20,000 nt of DNA from Methanomassiliicoccales archaeon (lineage in GTDB: Archaea > Thermoplasmatota > Thermoplasmata > RBG-16-68-12 > SOIM01). The notes beneath the pieces are model-generated. The model was not told the origin of the DNA. It worked only from the letters and a program-made list of their open reading frames with translations, and searched no databases. Position numbers and translations under genes: made by a program. The DNA lies in contig SOIM01000059.1 of the NCBI GenBank assembly GCA_004377185.1, positions 100,325 through 120,324 on the forward strand. The letters are read 5' to 3'. Positions 1 to 9,483 of the stretch are shown here, one piece after another; the stretch's first letter is position 1; the number at the start of each line of letters is the position of its first letter.

Positions 1-2
1 GA

Positions 3-869
3 AGGGAGACCAGCGTCACAGTCCGTCACGGTGAGAGCGGATGGGTGGACAGCGTCATGCTCACGGAATCTGACAACGGGAGCAAACTGGCCAAAGTGAA
101 GGTCAGAGATCTGAGGGTTCCGGAGCTGGGAGACAAGTTCGCCTCAAGACACGGGCAGAAAGGTGTTATTGGGCTGATCGCTCCACAGGAAGACCTGCCA
201 TTCACAGCGGACGGAGTGGTCCCCGACCTGATAATCAATCCTCACGCCATCCCTTCACGAATGACAATAGCCCATGTTCTAGAGATGATCGGAGGGAAGG
301 TAGGTTCCCTTGATGGGAGATGGGTGGACGGAACTCCCTTCAGTGGGGAGAGAGAGGAAGCGATGAGGCAAGCGCTAGAGGACAACGGATTCAAACACAA
401 TGGGAAGGAGATCCTATACGACGGCTTCTCCGGGAACATGATAGAAGCTGAGCTCTTCGTAGGTGTCATCTACTATCAGAAACTGCACCACATGGTCTCC
501 GGTAAGCTGCACGTGAGATCCAGAGGACCCATCCAAATCCTTACAAGACAGCCCACCGAGGGTCGGTCAAGACAGGGCGGCCTCAGATTCGGAGAGATGG
601 AGAGAGATTGTTTAATCGGACATGGAGCTGCCATGGTCATCAAAGACAGGCTGCTGGACGAATCGGACGGGACCCTTCAATACGTATGCGGGAATTCAGA
701 GTGCGGACATTTCGCCATAAAGGACAGGAAAGGGAACTTGCGCTGCCCGGTCTGCGAGAACAATTCGAAGATATATCCAGTTCAAACAAGCTATGCGTTC
801 AAGCTCCTGCTGGATGAGCTGCTTTCACTAGGTGTGGCCATGAGACTGCAATTGGAGGACCTTACGTGA
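3..869 (+). CDS. rpoB: DNA-directed RNA polymerase subunit B, C-terminal part (5'-truncated by the window edge)
   Basis: The frame is open from nt 3 ([26 protein letters not shown]...) upstream of the called ATG at 45. It contains the RpoB signatures [28 protein letters not shown] and [19 protein letters not shown], plus the C-terminal zinc site CGNSECGH...CPVCENN. Confidence 0.97.
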   Translation, partial: RETSVTVRHGESGWVDSVMLTESDNGSKLAKVKVRDLRVPELGDKFASRHGQKGVIGLIAPQEDLPFTADGVVPDLIINPHAIPSRMTIAHVLEMIGGKVGSLDGRWVDGTPFSGEREEAMRQALEDNGFKHNGKEILYDGFSGNMIEAELFVGVIYYQKLHHMVSGKLHVRSRGPIQILTRQPTEGRSRQGGLRFGEMERDCLIGHGAAMVIKDRLLDESDGTLQYVCGNSECGHFAIKDRKGNLRCPVCENNSKIYPVQTSYAFKLLLDELLSLGVAMRLQLEDLT

Positions 870-878
870 GGTGGTAAC

Positions 879-3647
879 ATGATAGAGAGAGGAATATCCA
901 AGAGAATTGAGTCCATCAAATTCGCCTTGCTGTCACCTGATGAGGTCAGGAGGATGTCCGCTACCAAAATCATTACGGCGGACACCTATGACGATGATGG
1001 TTTTCCAATAGACATGGGGTTGATGGATTCACATCTGGGAGTCATAGAACCAGGTCTCAGATGCAAGACATGCGGAGGCAGGGTGGACGATTGTCCCGGA
1101 CACTTCGGGCACATAGATTTGGCAATGCCTGTCATCCACGTAGGTTATGTGAAGGAAATCAAGAAGCTCCTTCAAGCCACATGCAAGTCCTGTGGCCGAC
1201 TCTTGCTCACCAAGAAACAACTGGACGAGTATGAGAAAGAGAGGGAAACCATAGAGGAAATGGGAGGAGGCTACCTTGAGATCCGCCTTGTTACGAAGGA
1301 AACAGCGAAGGACGCCAGCAAACGTCAAATCTGCCCCCATTGTGCGACAGAACAGTCCAAGATAACCTTGGACAAGCCCACCACGTTCAGAGAGGACGGG
1401 CATAAGCTCACTCCCAAGGAGGTGAGGGAGCGGTTGGAGCGCATACCTGACGAGGACCTAACGCCTCTGGGTATAGCACCGGGAGTTGCCCGGCCGGATT
1501 GGATGATCCTGACGGCACTTCTTGTTCCACCTGTGACTGTTCGGCCCTCCATCACACTGGAAAGTGGCGATAGATCTGAGGACGACTTGACGCACAAACT
1601 GGTCGATGTGCTGAGGATAAACCAGAGATTGAGGGAGAACAGGGACGCTGGGGCACCGCAGTTGATTGTGGAGGACTTGTGGGAGCTCTTGCAGTACCAT
1701 ATTACAACCTATTTCGACAACCAAACGAGCGGAATACCTCCTGCGAGACACAGATCCGGGCGCCCACTGAAGACGCTGGTCCAAAGACTCAAAGGAAAGG
1801 AGGGTAGATTCAGGTCCAACCTCTCCGGCAAGAGGGTGAACTTCTCCGCCAGGACGGTGATATCGCCAGACCCCCTGCTCTCGATGAACGAGGTCGGAGT
1901 GCCTTTGGAGGCGGCAAGGGAACTGACAGTGCCCATACGCGTACAGGATTACAACATCGATTATGTTAGGGAATGGGTGAGAAAGGGCCCCCTCCCTAAA
2001 GGTGACATCTACGAGCCCGGAGTCAACTACGTCATCAGGTCGGACGGCAGAAGGATACGGATCACCGACAAGAATGCCGAGACGGTCGCGGAAACCATCG
2101 AGAACGGATACACGGTGGAAAGGCAGCTGATGGACGGTGACATCGTACTGTTCAACAGACAGCCCTCGCTCCACAGAATGAGCATGATGGCCCACGAAGT
2201 GCGCGTCATGCCGCACAAGACGTTCAGACTGAACCTGTCTGTATGTCCTCCGTACAATGCTGATTTCGACGGGGACGAGATGAACCTGCACGCGCTTCAG
2301 AGCGAGGAGGCTAGGGCTGAGGCGAAGATACTGATGAAAGTCCAGGAGCACATACTTTCGCCGAGGTTTGGGGGTCCAGTGATTGGGGCCATCCATGATC
2401 ACATAACCGGAGCCTTTCTGCTAACCTATAAGGATTCCAAATTCACAAAAGATGAGACCATCAATCTGCTATCCACGTTGCGTACGGCCAAGATGCCGAA
2501 ACCCAAAATCAAGAAGAAGAAAACCGAGTACTGGACGGGCAAGCAGCTGTTCAGCATCGCTCTCCCGAAGGACTTGACCATCAGTTTCAGAGCTTCCATT
2601 TGCCAGGCATGCGACAAATGCAAGAAGGATAATTGCGAGAACGATGCCTATGTCAAGATAAGGAAGGGAGAGGTCATATGCGGGACGATAGATGAGAAGG
2701 CGATAGGAGCCTTCAAAGGGAAGATATTGGACAAGATTGCCCGCGACTATGGACCAGACAGAGCCAGGGTATTCCTAGATGACGTCACCAAACTGTCGAT
2801 CGGTGCGATCATGGTCAGGGGATTCACAACGGGGATAGACGATGAAGACATCCCGGAAGAAGAGAAGAGGCAGATCAGTGAAGTATTGAAAAACGCTGCT
2901 AACAGGGTCAAGAAACTGGTCGTGGCCTACAAGGAAGGCCTACTTGATCAGATACCTGGCCGGTCTCTCGAGGAAACACTTGAAGTGGAGGCAATGAAAG
3001 TGCTTGGAAAGGCCAGGAACACTGCGGGAGAGATCGCGGGAAAGCATCTCGGGCTGGAGAATTCGGCCGTCATAATGGCCAAGAGCGGTGCGAGAGGTTC
3101 CATGCTCAACCTGAGCCAGATGGCGGGTTCCATTGGCCAGCAGGCTGTGAGAGGCGAAAGACTGTCCAGAGGATATTGGAACAGGACCCTCCCCCACTTC
3201 GAAGTCGGTGATTTGGGAGCTGACGCCAAAGGTTTCGTCAAGTCCTCATACAAGAGCGGCTTGCGCCCCACCGAGTACTTCTTCCACAGCATGGGAGGGA
3301 GGGAAGGTCTCGTGGACACAGCAGTCAGAACATCCAGATCTGGTTATATGCAGAGGAGGCTCATCAACGCGCTCGAGGACCTCAAGGTCAAAGAGGACAG
3401 GACAGTGAGGAACACGGCCGATACAATCATCCAATTCACATTTGGAGAGGACGGGATCGATCCGTCAAGGGGTGTGCAGGGAGAAGCGGTCGACATAGAC
3501 GACACCTTGCTCGAAGTGCTGGGCGAGGACGAGTTCTTGTTACTTGCAGGAGAGAAGGAAATCGCTGGATACGGTAAACAGGAGAAGGACATGATGAACG
3601 TGGAAATGGAGGAAGAAGCGTTCGCACCTGAAGAAGGAGAAGACTAA
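879..3647 (+). CDS. rpoA1: DNA-directed RNA polymerase subunit A'
   Basis: 922 aa. Contains the active-site motif NADFDGDEMNLH, N-terminal zinc motif CKTCGGRVDDCPGHFGH, KRVNFSARTVISPDP and the Cys-rich insert CQACDKCKKDNC. It lies directly between rpoB and rpoA2. Confidence 0.98.
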   Translation: MIERGISKRIESIKFALLSPDEVRRMSATKIITADTYDDDGFPIDMGLMDSHLGVIEPGLRCKTCGGRVDDCPGHFGHIDLAMPVIHVGYVKEIKKLLQATCKSCGRLLLTKKQLDEYEKERETIEEMGGGYLEIRLVTKETAKDASKRQICPHCATEQSKITLDKPTTFREDGHKLTPKEVRERLERIPDEDLTPLGIAPGVARPDWMILTALLVPPVTVRPSITLESGDRSEDDLTHKLVDVLRINQRLRENRDAGAPQLIVEDLWELLQYHITTYFDNQTSGIPPARHRSGRPLKTLVQRLKGKEGRFRSNLSGKRVNFSARTVISPDPLLSMNEVGVPLEAARELTVPIRVQDYNIDYVREWVRKGPLPKGDIYEPGVNYVIRSDGRRIRITDKNAETVAETIENGYTVERQLMDGDIVLFNRQPSLHRMSMMAHEVRVMPHKTFRLNLSVCPPYNADFDGDEMNLHALQSEEARAEAKILMKVQEHILSPRFGGPVIGAIHDHITGAFLLTYKDSKFTKDETINLLSTLRTAKMPKPKIKKKKTEYWTGKQLFSIALPKDLTISFRASICQACDKCKKDNCENDAYVKIRKGEVICGTIDEKAIGAFKGKILDKIARDYGPDRARVFLDDVTKLSIGAIMVRGFTTGIDDEDIPEEEKRQISEVLKNAANRVKKLVVAYKEGLLDQIPGRSLEETLEVEAMKVLGKARNTAGEIAGKHLGLENSAVIMAKSGARGSMLNLSQMAGSIGQQAVRGERLSRGYWNRTLPHFEVGDLGADAKGFVKSSYKSGLRPTEYFFHSMGGREGLVDTAVRTSRSGYMQRRLINALEDLKVKEDRTVRNTADTIIQFTFGEDGIDPSRGVQGEAVDIDDTLLEVLGEDEFLLLAGEKEIAGYGKQEKDMMNVEMEEEAFAPEEGED

Positions 3648-5125
<1,478 letters not shown>

Positions 5126-5126
<1 letters not shown>

Positions 5127-5398
5127 TGGACATAGAAAGGAATCTGAGAACGGCAATCAACTCTGGGAAGGTCCTCTTTGGGGTGAGAGAGGCAGAAAAG
5201 GCCATCGAGAACAGGACGGCCAAGATGATCGTGATTGCGAAGTCCTGTCCGAGCGACTTCCTGAAGGGTCAGAAGAAGACAAAGGTCCTTGAATTCACGG
5301 GAGACAATATAGCGCTCGGTGCTCTGTGCGGAAAGCCCTTCTCGATATCTGCGGTCACGATCGTTGATCCAGGCGAATCAAACATACTATCCGGGTAG
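5126..5398 (+). CDS. rpl30e: 50S ribosomal protein L30e
   Basis: 90 aa: MDIERNLRTAINSGKVLFGVREAEKAIENRTAKMIVIAKSCPSD... It overlaps the rpoA2 stop (TAATG) and is in the conserved archaeal position after rpoA2. Confidence 0.93.
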
Positions 5399-5406
5399 GA
5401 TGGGAA

Positions 5407-5832
5407 ATGGCTGACATAAGGTTCAATGAAGAGACGCTTCGCTACGTATCATTGTTTCAAAGAGTCACAAGGTCGACCGTGAAGGACTGTCTGGACACTC
5501 CAGAAGGGATTATCTTTGTCGTCAGCCAGGGAGAAGGGGGCAAGGCGATCGGGAGGGGTGGAAAGAATGTCTCCAGACTCAAGGACACACTTAACAAAGA
5601 CGTGCATGTCATTGAGTATTCACCCATTCCTGAACAGTTCCTGAGGAACATATTCAGGAGTTACAAAATCAAGAGCGTCGAGATAGAGAAGATGGAAAAG
5701 GGGATGCATGCGACCGTGTCTGTTGACGCAGTTCAAAAGGGGATGGCGATCGGGAGAGATGCGAGGAATCTGAGAATCGCCCAGGAGCTGATGAGCAGAC
5801 ACCACAAAATAGACAGTGTAAGTATCGCCTGA
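5407..5832 (+). CDS. nusA: NusA-like KH-domain transcription factor (archaeal NusA)
   Basis: 141 aa with two KH-type GxxG sites (GKAIGRGGKNVSRLKDTLNKDVHVIEY and GMAIGRDARNLRIAQELM). It follows rpl30e in the conserved order. Confidence 0.94.
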   Translation: MADIRFNEETLRYVSLFQRVTRSTVKDCLDTPEGIIFVVSQGEGGKAIGRGGKNVSRLKDTLNKDVHVIEYSPIPEQFLRNIFRSYKIKSVEIEKMEKGMHATVSVDAVQKGMAIGRDARNLRIAQELMSRHHKIDSVSIA

Positions 5833-5885
5833 GGGACTGGGCGGTTTTCACGCAACAAGTACGGGCTTTTTAGCTACCAGGAAGA

Positions 5886-5893
5886 TTTATATT
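5886..5893 (+). promoter_or_regulatory. Candidate archaeal TATA box (TTTATATT) upstream of the Cys-rich ORF
   Basis: AT-rich box in the intergenic region. The predicted TSS is about 5916, 24 nt before the ATG at 5940. Confidence 0.5.
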
Positions 5894-5939
5894 CCTCCCT
5901 CCACTACGAGGAACTGCTATTGAAAGGGATGGGATACAC

Positions 5940-6200
5940 ATGTGTAGGTATTTCTACGGGCAAGGACGATGCGCCAATTCTGAAATCGCCAGCACTATTT
6001 GCACTGGCGAACGGGATTGTGAATCCTTCTCAGAGTCCACCCATCGGAAGGAGAGCAGTTGCGATTTCGATTCCTGGTACGGCCTCTACTGCGCGAAATA
6101 CAAGCGCTTCTTCTGTCCAGGAAAAGAGAGCTGCGAATCCTATGAAGAGTATGCACAAAGCCTGCAAGAGCATCGAAGAATGGATGAACGTCCCCTCTAG
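5940..6200 (+). CDS. Small Cys-rich protein with a tandemly duplicated four-Cys unit
   Basis: 86 aa: MCRYFYGQGRCANSEIASTICTGERDCESFSE... / CDFDSWYGLYCAKYKRFFCPGKESCESYEE. Two similar Cx8-9Cx7-9Cx5C-ES(F/Y) units in one frame argue for real coding. TATA box upstream. Confidence 0.6.
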   Translation: MCRYFYGQGRCANSEIASTICTGERDCESFSESTHRKESSCDFDSWYGLYCAKYKRFFCPGKESCESYEEYAQSLQEHRRMDERPL

Positions 6201-6232
6201 CTCACAATGTTCCACTGGAGCCTAGGGGGTAA

Positions 6233-6526
6233 CTATAGAGGTCGCTTGCACCTGGCGCAAACGAGCTTGCATTCCTTCTTGCACTCGAGGCAGACACCGT
6301 GTAGGAACCTCTCTCGGACCATGGCGTGATGGCAATCTGACACTGCCGTGACCATGTGTCCGCAGTAGTCACAGAGATGATGAACCGCTTTCTTACTGGC
6401 TATGTAGCGCTGGTAGGCCCACAGGAGTAATAGAGCTATTAAAAGAGCCACAATCGCGACCAGCAAGACCCAGCAAGGAGGGCCACCATCACCGTTTTCC
6501 AAGGGGATAGGCATTTCCTCTTCCAT
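6233..6526 (-). CDS. Small single-TM protein with a C-terminal zinc-ribbon-like domain
   Basis: 97 aa: TM segment CWVLLVAIVALLIALLLLWAYQRYI followed by CDYCGHMV...CHHAMV...CLECKKECKLVCARCKRPL. A TATA at 6536-6544 favours the internal ATG at 6514 as a leaderless start. Confidence 0.65.
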   Translation of the reverse strand: MEEEMPIPLENGDGGPPCWVLLVAIVALLIALLLLWAYQRYIASKKAVHHLCDYCGHMVTAVSDCHHAMVRERFLHGVCLECKKECKLVCARCKRPL

Positions 6527-6535
6527 TCCATTCTG

Positions 6536-6544
6536 TTTATATAA
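6536..6544. promoter_or_regulatory. Shared or bidirectional TATA element between the zinc-ribbon ORF and ksgA
   Basis: TTTATATAA lies in the divergent intergenic region, about 27 nt from ATG 6514 (minus) and about 43 nt from ATG 6583 (plus). Confidence 0.45.
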
Positions 6545-6582
6545 TACTTGTTTAGAACAAGGGCGTCCCTGAAAAGTATATT

Positions 6583-7419
6583 ATGGCCAAGCCTCATGGA
6601 CGCATGATGTCCCTTTCAGAAGTGAAAGAGCGGATCAGAAAGATGGGGTTGCGACCCAGCAAGAGACTGGGGCAGCATTTCTTGGTGGACGAAGCGATTG
6701 CCAACCGCCAGGTGCAGTACGCCGATATCGGAAGAAGGGACACAGTTCTGGAGATTGGACCCGGATTGGGGACTCTAACAAGAATTCTCGTTGAGAGAGC
6801 AGCAAAGGTCATTGCTGTTGAGTTGGACCCTCTGGCGGCCGATTATCTGCGGAAAGAGCTCAGTGATGTTGAGGTCATCCAAGATGATGTTCTGAAGATA
6901 GAGCTGCCAAAGTTCGACAAAGTTGTCTCGAATCTTCCTTTCAAGATCTCATCTCCCGTGACCTTCAAGCTTCTTGAGCAGGAATTCGAAGGGGGCATCC
7001 TGATGTATCAGAAGGAGTTCGCGCAACGACTGGTTGCCACCAAGGGAGACTCCAGCTATTCAAGGCTCTCTGTCAGCACATACTACAGAGCAAGATGCGA
7101 GATTCTGGAAACGGTTCCCAGGTCTGCGTTCTTTCCCGAACCCAGGGTGGAATCCTCAATAATCAGAATCGCTCCCCGACCTCCGCCTTTCGAAGTGAAG
7201 AGCGAAGAACATTTCCACAAGCTGGTCAAGGCCCTGTTCACCCACAGACGCAAGAAGATTGGGAATTCGCTCCTTCTCGCCTGGAATAAGCTGTGTGATA
7301 GTAAAGAGACAATGAGCCAGATAGTCTCGGACCTACCCAATTCCCACATGAGGGTGGAACAGCTCAGTCCCGAGGAATTGGGAGGCCTGTCCAACAGGAT
7401 TCTACAAGGAAAAGTTTAA
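6583..7419 (+). CDS. ksgA: rRNA adenine-N6,N6-dimethyltransferase (KsgA/Dim1 family)
   Basis: 278 aa: LRPSKRLGQHFLVDEAIA, SAM motif VLEIGPGLGTLT, DDVLK, catalytic motif SNLPFKISSP, and a C-terminal FTHRRKKIGNSL. Confidence 0.95.
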   Translation: MAKPHGRMMSLSEVKERIRKMGLRPSKRLGQHFLVDEAIANRQVQYADIGRRDTVLEIGPGLGTLTRILVERAAKVIAVELDPLAADYLRKELSDVEVIQDDVLKIELPKFDKVVSNLPFKISSPVTFKLLEQEFEGGILMYQKEFAQRLVATKGDSSYSRLSVSTYYRARCEILETVPRSAFFPEPRVESSIIRIAPRPPPFEVKSEEHFHKLVKALFTHRRKKIGNSLLLAWNKLCDSKETMSQIVSDLPNSHMRVEQLSPEELGGLSNRILQGKV

Positions 7420-7471
7420 TTTAGGGAATGGTCATCATTCCAGCCCTTCCAGCAAGCAAGGAAAGATCACA

Positions 7472-8341
7472 ATGGTTAGGAAGAGAACCAGGACAGAACT
7501 GCAGCTCGCAGAGATCAAGTACCGTAACCTTCTCGACAAAAGGGATGCACTCAATGAAGATGCGAATGTCTTCAGGGATGAGAGGGACACGCTGAACGAA
7601 GAGAGGAGAGAGTCGAACGAGAAGATGCAGGCCATGAAGGAGCAGAGAGACGCACTGGTTACCGAGATGAGAATCCACAAGAAGGAACGGAACGAGTGCC
7701 AGAAGAAGGCAAAGGAGCTCATCGAGATACGGAGAAAGAGGAGAAAGGATGTCGGGAAGAATCTCGGTCTTCACCTAGAAAGGTTGAGGAAGGACATAGA
7801 GAACCTCCAGAAGAAGCAGGAAACCGTTCCAATGGAGCTCAAGGATGAGAACCTCCTCCTTGAAGAGATGAAGCGAAAGAGACTGGATATTGAAGAATGC
7901 GAGAACATCTACAAAGAGCAGCAAGAAATCTCTGAGGACATCGAGAACCTGGATGATTCAATAGATAGCCTTTTCAGAAAGGCGGACGCAGAGCACGAAA
8001 TGGTCGTCAGACTGTCTGAAGAAGCCCAGGGCATTCACGAGAAGATTGTCGATTTGATGAAGGAAATCTCCCACCTGATTGCGGAGGCGAACAAGAAACA
8101 TGACGAATTTTCCGAAATAAGGGAAAAGGCGGACCACTATCACAGAAGAGCAATGGAAATGAAGTCAAAGGTTCTGTCAATAAAGAGAGTGAAGAGGGAA
8201 GAAGAGAGAGAAGCCCGAAAGATTCTCAAACAACAGAAAATAGAGGTGAAGGAGGCTCTGGACAGCGAGGAGAAGCGAGAAAAAGCGGCCGATGAAGCCC
8301 TGGAGACCCTTCTGAAAAAAAAGAAAGTGGAAATGGGGTGA
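7472..8341 (+). CDS. Archaeal coiled-coil protein (COG1340-like)
   Basis: 289 aa, almost entirely charged heptad-rich coiled coil (KYRNLLDKRDALNEDANVFRDERDTLNEERRESNEKMQ...). The stop overlaps a GTG in a GTGA arrangement. Confidence 0.8.
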   Translation: MVRKRTRTELQLAEIKYRNLLDKRDALNEDANVFRDERDTLNEERRESNEKMQAMKEQRDALVTEMRIHKKERNECQKKAKELIEIRRKRRKDVGKNLGLHLERLRKDIENLQKKQETVPMELKDENLLLEEMKRKRLDIEECENIYKEQQEISEDIENLDDSIDSLFRKADAEHEMVVRLSEEAQGIHEKIVDLMKEISHLIAEANKKHDEFSEIREKADHYHRRAMEMKSKVLSIKRVKREEEREARKILKQQKIEVKEALDSEEKREKAADEALETLLKKKKVEMG

Positions 8342-8405
8342 TCGTACGAAAGCCATAATCCTAGCCGGGGGCGCAGGCACGAGACTGAGGCCCCTCACGG
8401 AGAAG

Positions 8406-9434
8406 ATGCCCAAACCGCTCATTCCCGTCGCGGGCAGGCCGTGCATCGATTTTGTGATCAAGTCTCTGGTCGCTTCGGACTTTCGAGAGATTGTCATAGC
8501 GACGGGATACATGTCTGACTACTTGATGAAGAGAATGGGGGACGGACTCAAGTACAACGCATCCATTCTTTACTCGTTTGAGGACACACCAGCTGGCACG
8601 GCCGGGGCGGTCAAGAAAGTTGGAGACTTCATAGATGACACGTTCATAGTTGCCAGCGGTGACGTCTTGGCCGATGTGAACATGCGCGATCTGTACGACT
8701 ACCACAGAAGGACCGGGTCGGTTGCGACAATGGCCCTCACGGAAGTCAAGAACCCCGAAGGGTTCGGAATCGTGGAACTGGATGAGAGGAACAGAATAAC
8801 CAGGTTCAAAGAGAAACCGAAATCGCATGAGGTATTCTCGAACCTCATCAACGCAGGGATCTATGTCCTTGAACCCGAAGTCCTTGATTTCATTCCTCCG
8901 GACGAGATGTTCGACTTCTCGAAGAATGTGTTCCCCGCACTGCTCGAAGAAGGACTCATAATCTATGGAAAGAAGTTGGACGGGTTGTGGATGGATATTG
9001 GGAAACCGGACGACTTGATGAAGGCAAGTAGAGAGGTGATAATGCGTCAAGGGAAGGAGTTCCACAAGGAGGGTGTGGAGTCCAACGCAAAATGTATCAT
9101 ATCCGATTCTGCCGACATTGAGACAGGTGTAAGGCTGGTTGGCCCCTGTTTCATCGGCAACCACGCATCAATCCGCAAAGACACCGTGATAGAGAACTCA
9201 TGCATCTATGAGGACGTCCTCGTTGAGAGCGGCGCTGTAATAAGCAATAGTATAGTGTTGGAAAAGACCAGAATCGGACTTCAGAGTGAGATTCTTGACA
9301 GTATACTCTCGAGGAACTGTACGGTGGAAGAGGACGTGAAGATAAGCAAGAGTATAATAGGGGACGAGATGACGATAAAGACCCAGTCTCGTTTGGAGAA
9401 CGCGAACGTATCTCCACCTGCAGAAGAATCCTGA
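8406..9434 (+). CDS. NDP-sugar nucleotidyltransferase (mannose/glucose-1-phosphate type) with left-handed beta-helix C-terminus. The true N-terminus probably lies upstream, around 8338-8352
   Basis: The 342-aa called ORF contains PKPLIPVAGRPCIDFVIKSL and a hexapeptide-repeat C-terminus. The in-frame sequence upstream of the ATG encodes RTKAIILAGGAGTRLRPLTEKM, the nucleotide-binding signature, but has no start codon after the in-frame TGA at 8313. Confidence 0.9.
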   Translation: MPKPLIPVAGRPCIDFVIKSLVASDFREIVIATGYMSDYLMKRMGDGLKYNASILYSFEDTPAGTAGAVKKVGDFIDDTFIVASGDVLADVNMRDLYDYHRRTGSVATMALTEVKNPEGFGIVELDERNRITRFKEKPKSHEVFSNLINAGIYVLEPEVLDFIPPDEMFDFSKNVFPALLEEGLIIYGKKLDGLWMDIGKPDDLMKASREVIMRQGKEFHKEGVESNAKCIISDSADIETGVRLVGPCFIGNHASIRKDTVIENSCIYEDVLVESGAVISNSIVLEKTRIGLQSEILDSILSRNCTVEEDVKISKSIIGDEMTIKTQSRLENANVSPPAEES

Positions 9435-9452
9435 AACTCCTCTTCACCAACC

Positions 9453-9460
9453 TTTATAAA
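9453..9460 (+). promoter_or_regulatory. TATA box for the antiporter gene
   Basis: TTTATAAA centred about 27-28 nt before the ATG at 9484, consistent with a leaderless mRNA. Confidence 0.6.
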
Positions 9461-9483
9461 GTATTTGTCGCATTCGCAATCTA

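Noticed and set aside
1458-2402. 314-aa ORF antisense to rpoA1
   Set aside because: It lies fully opposite the unmistakable RpoA' coding sequence and has no recognisable motif. Long antisense ORFs are expected in GC-rich coding DNA.
2460-2640. Cys-rich insert in RpoA' (CQACDKCKKDNC...) as a novel domain
   Set aside because: From general knowledge, comparable Cys-containing segments occur in this region of other archaeal A' subunits, so it is not treated as unusual.
5920-6225. 101-aa TTG-start ORF and 61-aa minus ORF (6030-6215) overlapping the Cys-rich ORF
   Set aside because: The duplicated Cys pattern is in the 5940-6200 frame. The competing frames lack conserved-looking features.
6916-6960. 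NLPF instead of NLPY in the KsgA/Dim1 catalytic motif
   Set aside because: Aromatic substitution at this position is conservative and is compatible with normal dimethyltransferase activity.
8361-9164. 267-aa ORF antisense to the nucleotidyltransferase
   Set aside because: The sense strand encodes conserved sugar-nucleotidyltransferase and beta-helix motifs. The antisense product is a His/Val-rich mirror with no domain signal.
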